DNA of 39,334 bases from Desulfobacterales bacterium (GTDB taxonomy: Bacteria > Desulfobacterota > Desulfobacteria > Desulfobacterales > 4be13): positions 1 through 39,334 of the forward strand of contig JAOZLU010000003.1 of assembly GCA_029934695.1 (NCBI GenBank), written 5' to 3'. Within the stretch, counting starts at the first letter, position 1. Every line of letters starts with the position of its first letter. Made by a program: the position numbers and the translations under genes. Positions 1 through 8,362 of this stretch are shown one piece after another. The notes beneath the pieces were generated by a model. It was not told the origin of the DNA and made no database searches. It saw nothing but the letters and a program-made list of their open reading frames with translations.

Positions 1-756
1 GATGTGGCGGCCAGGCACTATCAGGACTTCAAGGCAGGCGATCTGACGGAAGTTGAATTTTGCGAAGTTAAGAACAGGGGATGTCCGGGTACCGGCGCCT
101 GCCCTGTCATGGGCAACACAATGGCGGCCCTGGCCGAGGCCCTGAGTATGACCCCATATATGGGGTATGACCCTGCCGGGCAACGCATCGGTTCCCGGAG
201 CGGATTCCCGGTTGCAGCGGATGGCATTCCAGGCCGGACAGCAGGTATCTGTTGCAACATGGGTTCAGGCCCAGCCGGATACTGACATCGGCGGCTTTTG
301 ACAACGCCATCCGGGTGCTGATGGCCATTGGCGGTTCGACCAATGGAGTGTTGCATCTTCAGGCCATTGCCGCGGAACTTGATCTGGAGATCAGACCCGA
401 ACGATTCAATGAATTAAGCCGGTCAACGCCGTTTATCTGTGATGTCTGTCCTTCAGGATCGGGCGGTCATTTCATGGCCGACCTGGACGAAGCCGGTGGC
501 ATTGCGGGAGTGATGAAAGTGCTGCAGCCACTTCTGGACTCAGATGTGTTCACTGTCACGGGACATGCGGCTGTTGCAGCGATTTTTATGGCAACTGTCC
601 GCCAAGGGCTTGCAGGACAGGATCGCTTTAATCACCGATGGCCGTTTTTCAGGTACCGACAAGGGCTGTGCGCCTCGCCGGTTCCCAGAAGCGCAGCGTT
701 TTGCCGGCCGTCTGAGAGGCCATTGCGGCCCGGTATCGCCCTGTGAGCTTCAATGA
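1..756 (+). pseudogene. IlvD/Edd-family dehydratase (dihydroxy-acid / 6-phosphogluconate dehydratase family). 5'-truncated by the window edge, multiply frameshifted and internally deleted.
   Basis: Family motifs are spread over three frames. Frame 1 has 'CPGTGACPVMGNTMAALAEAL'. Frame 2 has 'RLQRMAFQAGQQV'. Frame 3 has 'ILTSAAFDNAIRVLMAIGGSTNGVLHLQAIA...TVTGH'. Frame 1 then resumes with 'ALITDGRFSGTDKG...PEAQR'. About 100 residues expected between 'TVTGH' and 'LITDGRFSG' are missing. Confidence 0.75.
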
Positions 757-837
757 CCCTACACTGTCAGACACCCTACAAGCTAATTGATAATTGATAA
801 TCTCCGTCAAGACAGATTCCGTATGGTTTCAGATTTT

Positions 838-910
838 TGGCGGAGAGTCCGGGAGTTGCACCCGGCTGCATGGATTTAGAGTCCATGTGATCCCATCCGA
901 TCCACCCTCC
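838..910 (-). tRNA. pylT: tRNA-Pyl (amber suppressor, anticodon CUA), with encoded CCA end
   Basis: The minus-strand sequence is GGAGGGTGGATCGGATGGGATCACATGGACTCTAAATCCATGCAGCCGGGTGCAACTCCCGGACTCTCCGCCA. It folds as follows: acceptor GGAGGGT/ACTCTCC (7 bp, one G-U), a single linker G, D-stem GATC/GATC, a 6-bp anticodon stem CATGGA/TCCATG, loop CUCUAAA (anticodon CUA), a 3-nt variable loop CAG, T-stem CCGGG/CCCGG with the non-canonical T-loop TGCAACT, discriminator G, then CCA. The 6-bp anticodon stem, 3-nt variable loop, single base between acceptor and D stems and missing T-psi-C consensus are the known tRNA-Pyl hallmarks. From memory, the anticodon arm, variable loop and T-stem closely resemble Methanosarcina tRNA-Pyl. 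Confidence 0.9.
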
Positions 911-1051
911 ACAATACTGTTTTTTTCGCTTTGATAAATTTTAAGAATACCCCCTGAAAATCAGAGGTATTCTTATTGTTGGATAACATTTGATTGTAGT
1001 TTATGATTTTCTGTCCGGCACCTACCGGAAAGAGTTGTCAAAAACAGATAA

Positions 1052-2539
1052 TCAACTGCTTTTTTTATTCATCTCTTCATTTTCTGCTGTAGCATCTTCA
1101 ACAATGCTTCTCATAGCAGATTTTGCTTCTTTGGACAATGGCATTGGTGTATGGTTTGCAAGAATATCAGCTGCTTTTTCAGCAGCACGTTCTGCCATAT
1201 TTTTACCACCCTTACCAAGCCAGCGGTCATAATTTGAACGTTCGATAATGTGGGGTGCAGAAGGCAGTGTTCGCATGTATTTCATGGTATGAGCCTGCAT
1301 TAGATGATCACCACCGGGTCCTACCGCTTTGATCGTATCTATTGCAAGATTCTCATCATTGACAACTATTCCCTGCATCACTTTTCTAACCATTTTAAAA
1401 ATATCATTATCAATTACCAACTGGGCATAACTGAAAATCAGTCCTGAATCCAACATTCCAGCACCGTAAATCAGATTTGAACCCGCACTTGCCGCACATA
1501 AGGCGGTCAGTGTTTTTTCATGACCAGCCTGTGCATCAGGCACTTTTGAATCAGCCTATCCACCGGCAGAAAAACTCGGCAGCATATATTTTTGAGCAAG
1601 TACCGGTGCTGCTGCATTCAACAGACCGCATTCAGGAGATCCCACAGGTGTTGTTGTGAGCTTCAAGTCAAAGCTCAGGGATGAACACCCATAAATTACC
1701 GGTGCACCTTTGCATGTCAGCTGATGCAATACAATGGCACCCAGAATCTCACAATTATGAGTTACCAGAGAGCCTGCAAGGGTTATTGGGCCGGATGCTC
1801 CTGCCATTACCATTGAGATCAGGTTACATGGAACTCCGGCTCTGGCACAGGTCATCACTCCGGTACAGCAGTTCACATCCAAGGTCAGAGGGCTTGTGGG
1901 AGAACAGTTGACAGTTAGAACAGGTCGTTCTCTTAACTCATCTTCTCCTCCAACAATAGCTTGGGCCATTTTGATAATCTTGTCAGCCCGCCATCCATTT
2001 CCCGGTCCATAAACAGTATGTTTTGATGTGTTGGCAAATACCACTTCAGCCTCATAAACAGGAGCAACATTATCTGGTGCATCTCCTGCAGTCAGAGAAC
2101 GTTCACACACATCAACCTCGTCCATAGCATCTGTTAAAAGGGCAGCCTTACCCACATCTTCATTTACTGATGGTCTGACTGTTCCATCAGTTTCCATAAT
2201 ATTGACACCCTGACCAAAAGTACAAAAATTAACCCGTTTGCCTTCCAGAAACACATCATGCTCAGAATCACGTCCGTATTGTACAATTTTCGGCGGTGCT
2301 GAACGGATGCACTCTTCCACAAGATAAGCAGGAAATTTTGCAATCTTTGTTTTACGGTCAATTATTGCACCTCCCCCTTCAAGAATATCTAAGGCTTCGT
2401 CACTTCCGACATAAAGCCCTGTTGTTCTCATAACTTCGAGGGTGGCAAGGTGAATTTTTTCAATCTCATCATCCGCAAAGACATTAAAACCGAAACCACC
2501 GGTTGCGATCATGTCTGAGGCGAGACTTCTTGTCACCAT
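1052..2539 (-). CDS. mttB: Trimethylamine:corrinoid methyltransferase MttB with an in-frame UAG (pyrrolysine) codon. One 495-codon gene, not two ORFs.
   Basis: ORFs 1556..2539 and 1052..1543 are in the same frame (2539 and 1543 are both 1 mod 3). They are separated only by TAG (plus strand 'cta' at 1556-1558) and 4 sense codons. The joined protein reads '...[31 protein letters not shown]...GAGMLDSG...QLVIDNDIF'. This matches the region around Pyl334 of Methanosarcina MttB as I recall it ('AGSOSDAKVPDDQAGHEKT'). There is an AAGGAG RBS before the ATG at 2539, and the true stop is TGA at 1052-1054. Confidence 0.9.
1556..1558 (-). other. UAG recoding site (predicted pyrrolysine, residue 328 of MttB)
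   Basis: The plus strand has 'cta' at 1556-1558, which is TAG on the coding strand. MttB-family sequence continues in frame on both sides. Confidence 0.85.
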
Positions 2540-2684
2540 ATCATTCTCCTTTTAATCATTGTTCATTTTTAATTTTTTTAACTCTTGTTTCATACTCTGT
2601 TTTAATTCCTGTTATGGTATTAAATTGCGGCGTTAGGCAGATGCCTTAAATTATGGGACTGTAACTTTCATTAATTTTAATCCT

Positions 2685-2925
2685 TCCTTCCGGAGCAACC
2701 GCTGGGGTTCTGAAGAATCTCTGGGATTCAAAAAATCCTTTCTATGCAGATGACGGGATTTGGCAATCCCTCTGGAGCAACCGCTGGGGATCTGAAGAAT
2801 CCCTGAGATTCAAAAAATTCTTTCTCACACATAATCCATGCAGATGACGGGATTTGGCAATCCCTCCAGAGCAACCCTTGGGGATTCAAAAAATCCTTTC
2901 TTACACATAATCCATGTAGATGAAC
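2685..2925. repeat. Tandem repeat with a ~94-bp unit in about 2.7 copies. The third copy carries an 18-bp deletion. It lies between the two mttB-family genes.
   Basis: The unit 'cagatgacgggatttggcaatccct..gagcaacc..tgggga(tctgaagaatccctgag)attcaaaaaat.ctttct.acacataatccatg' starts at 2747 and again at 2841 (period 94). A partial copy precedes it from about 2685. Each unit carries two small palindromes, 'gggatttggcaatccc' and 'ggattcaaaaaatcc'. Confidence 0.85.
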
Positions 2926-3156
2926 AAGCCGATCAGAATACCATCTGCCGTAAATGGTACCGTTCGGCACCATCCCCGCTCCTCTGTAAATCAAAATATA
3001 TTCGTTTATGACTTTCGGGGAGCAAAAATTCAGCTATAGTAATCATGTCCTTAGTAAATCCATTTTTGCACTCCATTCGACTCTCTGGGATGTCATCGGC
3101 GATGCCGATGTTATATGCCGCTCCTTTAGTTAAAATGTTTTAAATTGTAATTTAAT

Positions 3157-4605
3157 TTATTTTTGCAGTTTTTGCTTATTTATAAAATTCTCAAGCTCTG
3201 ATTCTATATCAGGATCAAGTATAGATTCAGGAGAGGCTGCAAGAATTTGTTCAACTTTTTGAGCTGCCACCTGTCCAACATCTTTTGATCCTGATTCTAT
3301 CCATTTATCATAATTATCCCATGAAGACACATTGGGTCTCCACGTATTTCGGCAGCCTGCCATGGTTGTCGGGTGGTATAAAAAACTTCCTTTTGGACCA
3401 ATATCTTTAATTACTTCCAATCCTAAATCTTCCCCCAATTTTTCAGTGGACTGGTTCATACCTTCCATAAATCTTAATACCCTTGAAATCATCTCCTCAT
3501 CCAGAATAAATTTTTCAAAAGAGTTGGTCATAATAGAATCCATAACTCCCAGGCACTCATTTATAATACTGACACCTCCTGCAATACATTCAAACAAATT
3601 CTGCATGGTCTCAAATCCTGCCTGGGCATCCAGAGTTTTTGCATCAGTAAGACCTGCCATTGTTCTTGTGGGAAGATGGTAGAGTTCCCTTGCAAGCTGA
3701 ATGTTTGCAACATTGATGATATTACTTTCTGGAGAACCGGTTACATATTGACCATTCTGCATATTAGGTACAGCAGATGCAGGACAATAGATAAATGATG
3801 CACCTGGTTGTACAAGCTGGCAAAGAACCAACCCTGCCAGAATCTCGGCATTTTGCAGGACACAGACACCCAAAGGGTTCATTGGAGCAGAAATACCAGC
3901 CAGGGCACAGGACAAAACTGCAGATGGCTGATTAAACCTTGCATAACTGATAATGGTTTCAATGGGAATCGAATCATACACCAGAGGACTTAATGGATTA
4001 ATGGAAGCATATATAGAAGGATGATCCATCAAAAAATCTTTTTTTCCTATTGTGATCTCAAACATATCAAATATGTTCGCTATCTCTCTATGGGTATTTA
4101 CATTTCGTTTTAAAGGTTTATCTGTATGTTTGAGCATTTGAAAGAAAATATCAAGGTATCCATTCTCAGGATCGATACCAGCGGGTTCCACAGGAAAGGC
4201 TCCGCCAATATCACACACTGAACTTGCCTGGGCCAGTTTGTAAAAAACTATCAGGTCCTGCATTGTAGCCGGTCTTCTGCCCTGTTTCAGATCCTGTGCA
4301 AAAACAGCACCATTGGAAGGTTCTACATGGGTATGCTTTTGACCTTCACCCACAAGAATTGATTTTTCTGAATCTATTGCCCATAATTTAAAAGAGGCAG
4401 GAGAAGATTCAATGGCATTTTCCACAAGTTTTCCAGGAATCATCACCCGGCTGCCATCAATTTTTGCTCCATGAGTTTTAAAAATATTCAAAGCCTCGTC
4501 ATGTAAAAACTCAACACCGACCTGCTCAAGAACTTCCAGGCTTGCTTTATGTATTTTGTTTAAATCCTGATTTGTCAGCATGCAGATGAAACTTTCCAGA
4601 GCCAT
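3157..4605 (-). CDS. Non-pyrrolysine MttB-superfamily methyltransferase. Likely a quaternary-amine/betaine:corrinoid methyltransferase of unknown substrate.
   Basis: The 482-aa protein is colinear with the neighbouring MttB ('LNKIHKASLEVLEQVGVEF', 'GSPESN', 'LDAQAGFETM'). Where the paralogue has '[18 protein letters not shown]', this protein has 'TMAG-L-TDAKTLDAQAGFE'. The Pyl position is therefore a Leu codon (ctt, plus strand 3649-3651). Confidence 0.8.
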   Translation of the reverse strand: MALESFICMLTNQDLNKIHKASLEVLEQVGVEFLHDEALNIFKTHGAKIDGSRVMIPGKLVENAIESSPASFKLWAIDSEKSILVGEGQKHTHVEPSNGAVFAQDLKQGRRPATMQDLIVFYKLAQASSVCDIGGAFPVEPAGIDPENGYLDIFFQMLKHTDKPLKRNVNTHREIANIFDMFEITIGKKDFLMDHPSIYASINPLSPLVYDSIPIETIISYARFNQPSAVLSCALAGISAPMNPLGVCVLQNAEILAGLVLCQLVQPGASFIYCPASAVPNMQNGQYVTGSPESNIINVANIQLARELYHLPTRTMAGLTDAKTLDAQAGFETMQNLFECIAGGVSIINECLGVMDSIMTNSFEKFILDEEMISRVLRFMEGMNQSTEKLGEDLGLEVIKDIGPKGSFLYHPTTMAGCRNTWRPNVSSWDNYDKWIESGSKDVGQVAAQKVEQILAASPESILDPDIESELENFINKQKLQK

Positions 4606-4624
4606 ATTTTAATTTCCTTTATAT

Positions 4625-6232
4625 TCAAGAAACTTTTTCCCGTTTTAATAAAAGATTATCCAACCAGTCAGGATCCATCTCTGGTACAGAGGAGAGCAGA
4701 AGTTCTGTATAATCGTGATCTGGTGAATCAAACATATCTTTTTTATTGCCCTGTTCAACAATATTGCCTTTATACATAACAATAACTTCATCAGCGATTG
4801 CCTTTACCGTGGCAAGATCGTGGGTGATAAAAAGATAAGACATGCCAAGCTCAGTCTGAAGCTTTTGCAGCAGTTTTAAAATTTCTTCTGCAACAAGCTG
4901 GTCAAGCGCACTGGTAATTTCATCACATATAATAAGATCAGGTTCTGCTGCCAGGGCTCTGGCAATACAGATCCTCTGTTTTTGACCTCCGGAGAGTTCT
5001 GAAGGATATCTGTCATAATAATGAGAAGGAAGCTCAATCATATCTAACAGTTTATGCACTTTTTTCTTTTTGGCTTTGCCACTGAGACCTGAATAAAATT
5101 CCAAAGGTCTCCCAATAATCCGCCTTATTTTCTGCCTTGGATTCAAGGCAACATCAGGCATCTGATAAATCATCTGTAATCGTCTTAAAGTGTTAAGGCT
5201 TCGCTGTCTGACATCAGGTGAAACTGACTTGCTGTCAAATAAAACCTTGCCTTTGTTTGGAGGTAAAAGACCTGTGATAACCCGGGCAAGGGTTGTTTTT
5301 CCAGAACCCGATTCCCCCACTACAGCCACATTCTGTCCACGGAAAATTTTAAAATCAATATCTTCCACAATATTCTGACCCGGATAATAGCCAGCATCAA
5401 CTCCTTGAATTTCTAATACAACTTCTTTATGAGATTTGGTGTTATCACATTTCTGCCGCCTTACATTTAAAAGATCCTTGGTGTACTGCTCTTTTGGATT
5501 TTCCAGCATCTCTCTTGTTTCCCCATCTTCCACAAGCCTGCCATGGCGCAAGACCATAACCCTGTCAGCCACCTGGGACACCACTGCCAGGTCATGAGTA
5601 ATATAGAGGGCAGCAGTGTTGTTTATTTTGATAGCATCCCGGATGGCGGCAAGCACTTCAATCTGGGTAGTCACATCAAGTGCTGTTGTTGGTTCATCAA
5701 AGACCACAATATCCGGGTCACACCCGAGTGCCATTGCAATCATTGCACGCTGGAGCTGTCCTCCTGACACCTGGTGTGGGTAGCGATAGCCAATTGAATC
5801 AGGAAATGGAAGATTCAGACGTTTGTATAATTTTTCTGCCTTCTGTTTTGCCTGTTTGAATGTCATGTGCCCATGGCGAACAGGTGTTTCAGCAAATTGC
5901 TGAACCAGACGGTGGGCAGGGTTGAAAGATGCAGCAGCACTCTGGGCAACATAAGCGATATTGGAACCTCTCAGCTGTGTCAGCTCCTTTTTTGTTGCAT
6001 CAACAAGCTCTTTGCCATCAAACATAACCGAACCTTCGGTAATATCACATCCATCACGGGTATATCCCATTGCTGCAAGACCAAGTGTACTTTTCCCTGC
6101 TCCAGACTCTCCAATAATGCCGAGCACTTCGCCCCTGTTTAACTGAAGATCTATATCCTCCAATAAAACAGTTGTGTTGCCATCCCAATATCCTTTAATT
6201 GTCAGGTTGTCTATCTTGAGTATATTGTCCAT
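4625..6232 (-). CDS. ABC transporter ATP-binding protein with two fused ATPase domains (DppD/DppF-like)
   Basis: There are two Walker A motifs ([18 protein letters not shown]), two ABC signatures ([16 protein letters not shown]) and two Walker B motifs (VVFDEPT, IICDEIT). Confidence 0.9.
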   Translation of the reverse strand: MDNILKIDNLTIKGYWDGNTTVLLEDIDLQLNRGEVLGIIGESGAGKSTLGLAAMGYTRDGCDITEGSVMFDGKELVDATKKELTQLRGSNIAYVAQSAAASFNPAHRLVQQFAETPVRHGHMTFKQAKQKAEKLYKRLNLPFPDSIGYRYPHQVSGGQLQRAMIAMALGCDPDIVVFDEPTTALDVTTQIEVLAAIRDAIKINNTAALYITHDLAVVSQVADRVMVLRHGRLVEDGETREMLENPKEQYTKDLLNVRRQKCDNTKSHKEVVLEIQGVDAGYYPGQNIVEDIDFKIFRGQNVAVVGESGSGKTTLARVITGLLPPNKGKVLFDSKSVSPDVRQRSLNTLRRLQMIYQMPDVALNPRQKIRRIIGRPLEFYSGLSGKAKKKKVHKLLDMIELPSHYYDRYPSELSGGQKQRICIARALAAEPDLIICDEITSALDQLVAEEILKLLQKLQTELGMSYLFITHDLATVKAIADEVIVMYKGNIVEQGNKKDMFDSPDHDYTELLLSSVPEMDPDWLDNLLLKREKVS

Positions 6233-6250
6233 TCTCTTTTCCCTTTTTAA

Positions 6251-7078
6251 TTATTGAGCCCGAATCTGAGCACTGCGCTGAAGGAACCAGTCTACAACAA
6301 GGTTAATACCAATGGTCAGAAATGCTATGGCAGCAGCAGGATAAATTGGAATTGTAATTCCAAAGGCAATTGCTCCTGCATTCTCTCTGACCATACTGCC
6401 CCAGTCAGCCGTGGGTGGTTGAAGTCCAAGCCCCAAGAAGCTTAATGCACTGATAAAAAGAAAAACAAAGGAAAATCTCAAACCAAATTCAGCAATAAGC
6501 GCAGGGGCGGCATTGGGCAAAATTTCACGCCGAATTATCCATAAAAGCCCTTCACCTCGAAGCCTTGCAACTTCAACAAATTCCAGGGCACGGATATCCA
6601 TGGCAAGAGCACGGGCCAGCCTGTAAACCTTGGTAGAATCTATAAGGGCAATGACAAAAATAAGAATGGGAATGGAAGTCCCAAAAATTGAGAGAACCAT
6701 CAGTGCAAGGATTAAAGGAGGAAATGCCATAATAATATCCACAAGACGGCTGAGCATGGAATCCAGATATCCTTCTACTGTTGCAGCAAGAAGTCCTAAT
6801 CCGGAACCAATAGCAAAGGCAATACAGGTAATGATAAAAGCAATGGAAATTGTATTTCTTGCACCATACAGCATCCTGGTAAAGAGATCTCTGCCAACCT
6901 GATCAGTCCCCATAAGGTGATCCTGACCGGGAGTTAACCACACGCTGCCTACTTTCTGAGCTTCTTCATAGGGGGCAATTACTGGTGCAAGCAGAGCTGC
7001 TGCAACATTGATCAAAATAATGACCATACCAATTTTGGCGCTCAAAGGTGCCTGTTTTAACAGTTTTATGAAAGTCAT
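6251..7078 (-). CDS. ABC transporter permease (DppC/OppC-like)
   Basis: The 275-aa protein is polytopic. It has the BPD-transport EAA-loop region 'FVEVARLRGEGLLWIIRREILPNA'. Confidence 0.85.
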   Translation of the reverse strand: MTFIKLLKQAPLSAKIGMVIILINVAAALLAPVIAPYEEAQKVGSVWLTPGQDHLMGTDQVGRDLFTRMLYGARNTISIAFIITCIAFAIGSGLGLLAATVEGYLDSMLSRLVDIIMAFPPLILALMVLSIFGTSIPILIFVIALIDSTKVYRLARALAMDIRALEFVEVARLRGEGLLWIIRREILPNAAPALIAEFGLRFSFVFLFISALSFLGLGLQPPTADWGSMVRENAGAIAFGITIPIYPAAAIAFLTIGINLVVDWFLQRSAQIRAQ

Positions 7079-7094
7079 GATGTAATCACCTCAT

Positions 7095-8051
7095 CTATTC
7101 AGAAATGTGTCGTAATTTTGGGTTAGTAATAATTGCAAGGATATCTGCTGTTAAATTAAGCAGAATATATGTTGCAGCAAAGATAAGACCGCTTGCCTGA
7201 ACAACCGGCAGATCCCTTTTTGCAACAGAATCCACGAGAAGCTGTCCAAGTCCGGGATATACAAAGACAACTTCGACAACGACCACTCCGACAATGAGCC
7301 ATGCAAGATCCATAACTACAACATTAATAATGGGGGATAAAACATTGGGAATGGCATGCTTTATAATAATAGGCCATTCGCTTACCCCTTTAAGTTTTGC
7401 CATCTCAATATATGGACTGGTAAGCACCCCTATAATGGCTGCTCTTGTCATCCTCATCATGTGTGCCATTACTACGAGAAGGAGAGTAAAACAGGGCAGT
7501 ATAATGATATTGATTTTGGTCCAAAATGGCATGCTCGCCTGAATTGTTGCAACACTTGGCAAAAGACCAAGTTTGATTGAAAAAATATAGATAAGAATAT
7601 ACCCCACAAAGAATTCAGGAAACGAAATAGCTGCAAGACTTCCCATGGATAAAATTCTGTCCGGCCATCGTTCACGAAAAAGAGCTGCTATCATGCCGAA
7701 AATTATTGCCAGAGGTACTGCAACCAATGCAGCAGAAAAAGCAAGAAAAAGAGTATTGGAAAACCGCCATCCTATGACTTCATTGACAGGACGTTTATTG
7801 GATAGTGAAGTGCCAAGGTCTCCCTGGACAAAATTACCAAGCCATGACAGATATCGGGTATGCGGTGGAAGATCAAGTTTCAGCTCTTTTCTAAGTGCTG
7901 CCAGATTTTCCGGTGTAGCCTGCTGTCCGAGAATTGCTGTTGCAGGATCTCCCGGCAAAGCCTCGATGCTCAAAAAAATCAGGATGGATACCAGAAAAAC
8001 TGTGACTATTCCTGCTGCGAGTCGCTTTAAAACCATTCCTTTTATAGACAT
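7095..8051 (-). CDS. ABC transporter permease (DppB/OppB-like)
   Basis: The 318-aa protein is polytopic. It has 'YIEMAKLKGVSEWPIIIKHAIPNVLSPII', typical of DppB/OppB. The stop codon is TAG (plus strand 'cta' at 7095-7097). Confidence 0.85.
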   Translation of the reverse strand: MSIKGMVLKRLAAGIVTVFLVSILIFLSIEALPGDPATAILGQQATPENLAALRKELKLDLPPHTRYLSWLGNFVQGDLGTSLSNKRPVNEVIGWRFSNTLFLAFSAALVAVPLAIIFGMIAALFRERWPDRILSMGSLAAISFPEFFVGYILIYIFSIKLGLLPSVATIQASMPFWTKINIIILPCFTLLLVVMAHMMRMTRAAIIGVLTSPYIEMAKLKGVSEWPIIIKHAIPNVLSPIINVVVMDLAWLIVGVVVVEVVFVYPGLGQLLVDSVAKRDLPVVQASGLIFAATYILLNLTADILAIITNPKLRHISE

Positions 8052-8087
8052 AGTTTATTCTCCTCTGTAAATACAAATATGTTTAAT

Positions 8088-8174
8088 AGAGTTGTTCCTA
8101 AATAAGCTTTTTTGGGCTTTAAGACTTTTAACCATTTGTTTTTATTGAGTCAGTATTTATTTAGGAACAACTCT
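8088..8174. repeat. Perfect 18-bp inverted repeat (long hairpin) between the binding-protein and permease genes
   Basis: 'agagttgttcctaaataa' at 8088-8105 is the exact reverse complement of 'ttatttaggaacaactct' at 8157-8174. The spacer is 51 nt. Confidence 0.85.
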
Positions 8175-8280
8175 GATGATTTCGTTTATGTGTTTATCAA
8201 GGTGGGTTGCGGGTTTCGTTTTTTACTTCGTAAAAAATCGAAATCCTCCACCCACCCTGCAACCCGGGATTTTTATCTGT

Positions 8281-8323
8281 GGCGGAAGCCCTCGCAACGA
8301 GCGTGAGCATCCGTTATAATCAG
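8281..8323. mobile_element. Partial copy (right end) of the MITE-like 'ATCCGTTATAATCAG' element
   Basis: 'ggcggaagccctcgcaacgagcgtgagcatccgttataatcag' matches the right half of the element at 11751-11887. Confidence 0.6.
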
Positions 8324-8362
8324 AACAATTAATCAGAATAATTAATCGTTAATGAACTGCCT

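Noticed and set aside
1-837. pylS or pylBCD on the minus strand downstream of pylT
   Set aside because: The minus-strand ORFs here (21-356, 107-343) show no aminoacyl-tRNA synthetase class II or radical-SAM motifs. They are shadows of the plus-strand dehydratase pseudogene.
943-974. The hairpin aagaatacc/ggtattctt between mttB and pylT, considered as an intrinsic terminator
   Set aside because: The stem is only 9 bp with a 14-nt loop, and no U-tract follows on the coding (minus) strand. It cannot be called a terminator from sequence.
1052-1543. A separate 163-aa ORF starting at 1543
   Set aside because: Its 'start' is an internal GTG (Val) of mttB. It is in frame with 1556..2539 and separated only by the Pyl UAG and four sense codons.
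2728-2994. An 88-aa ORF on the minus strand
   Set aside because: It lies entirely in the 94-bp tandem repeat. It has no RBS, and its peptide is internally repetitive.
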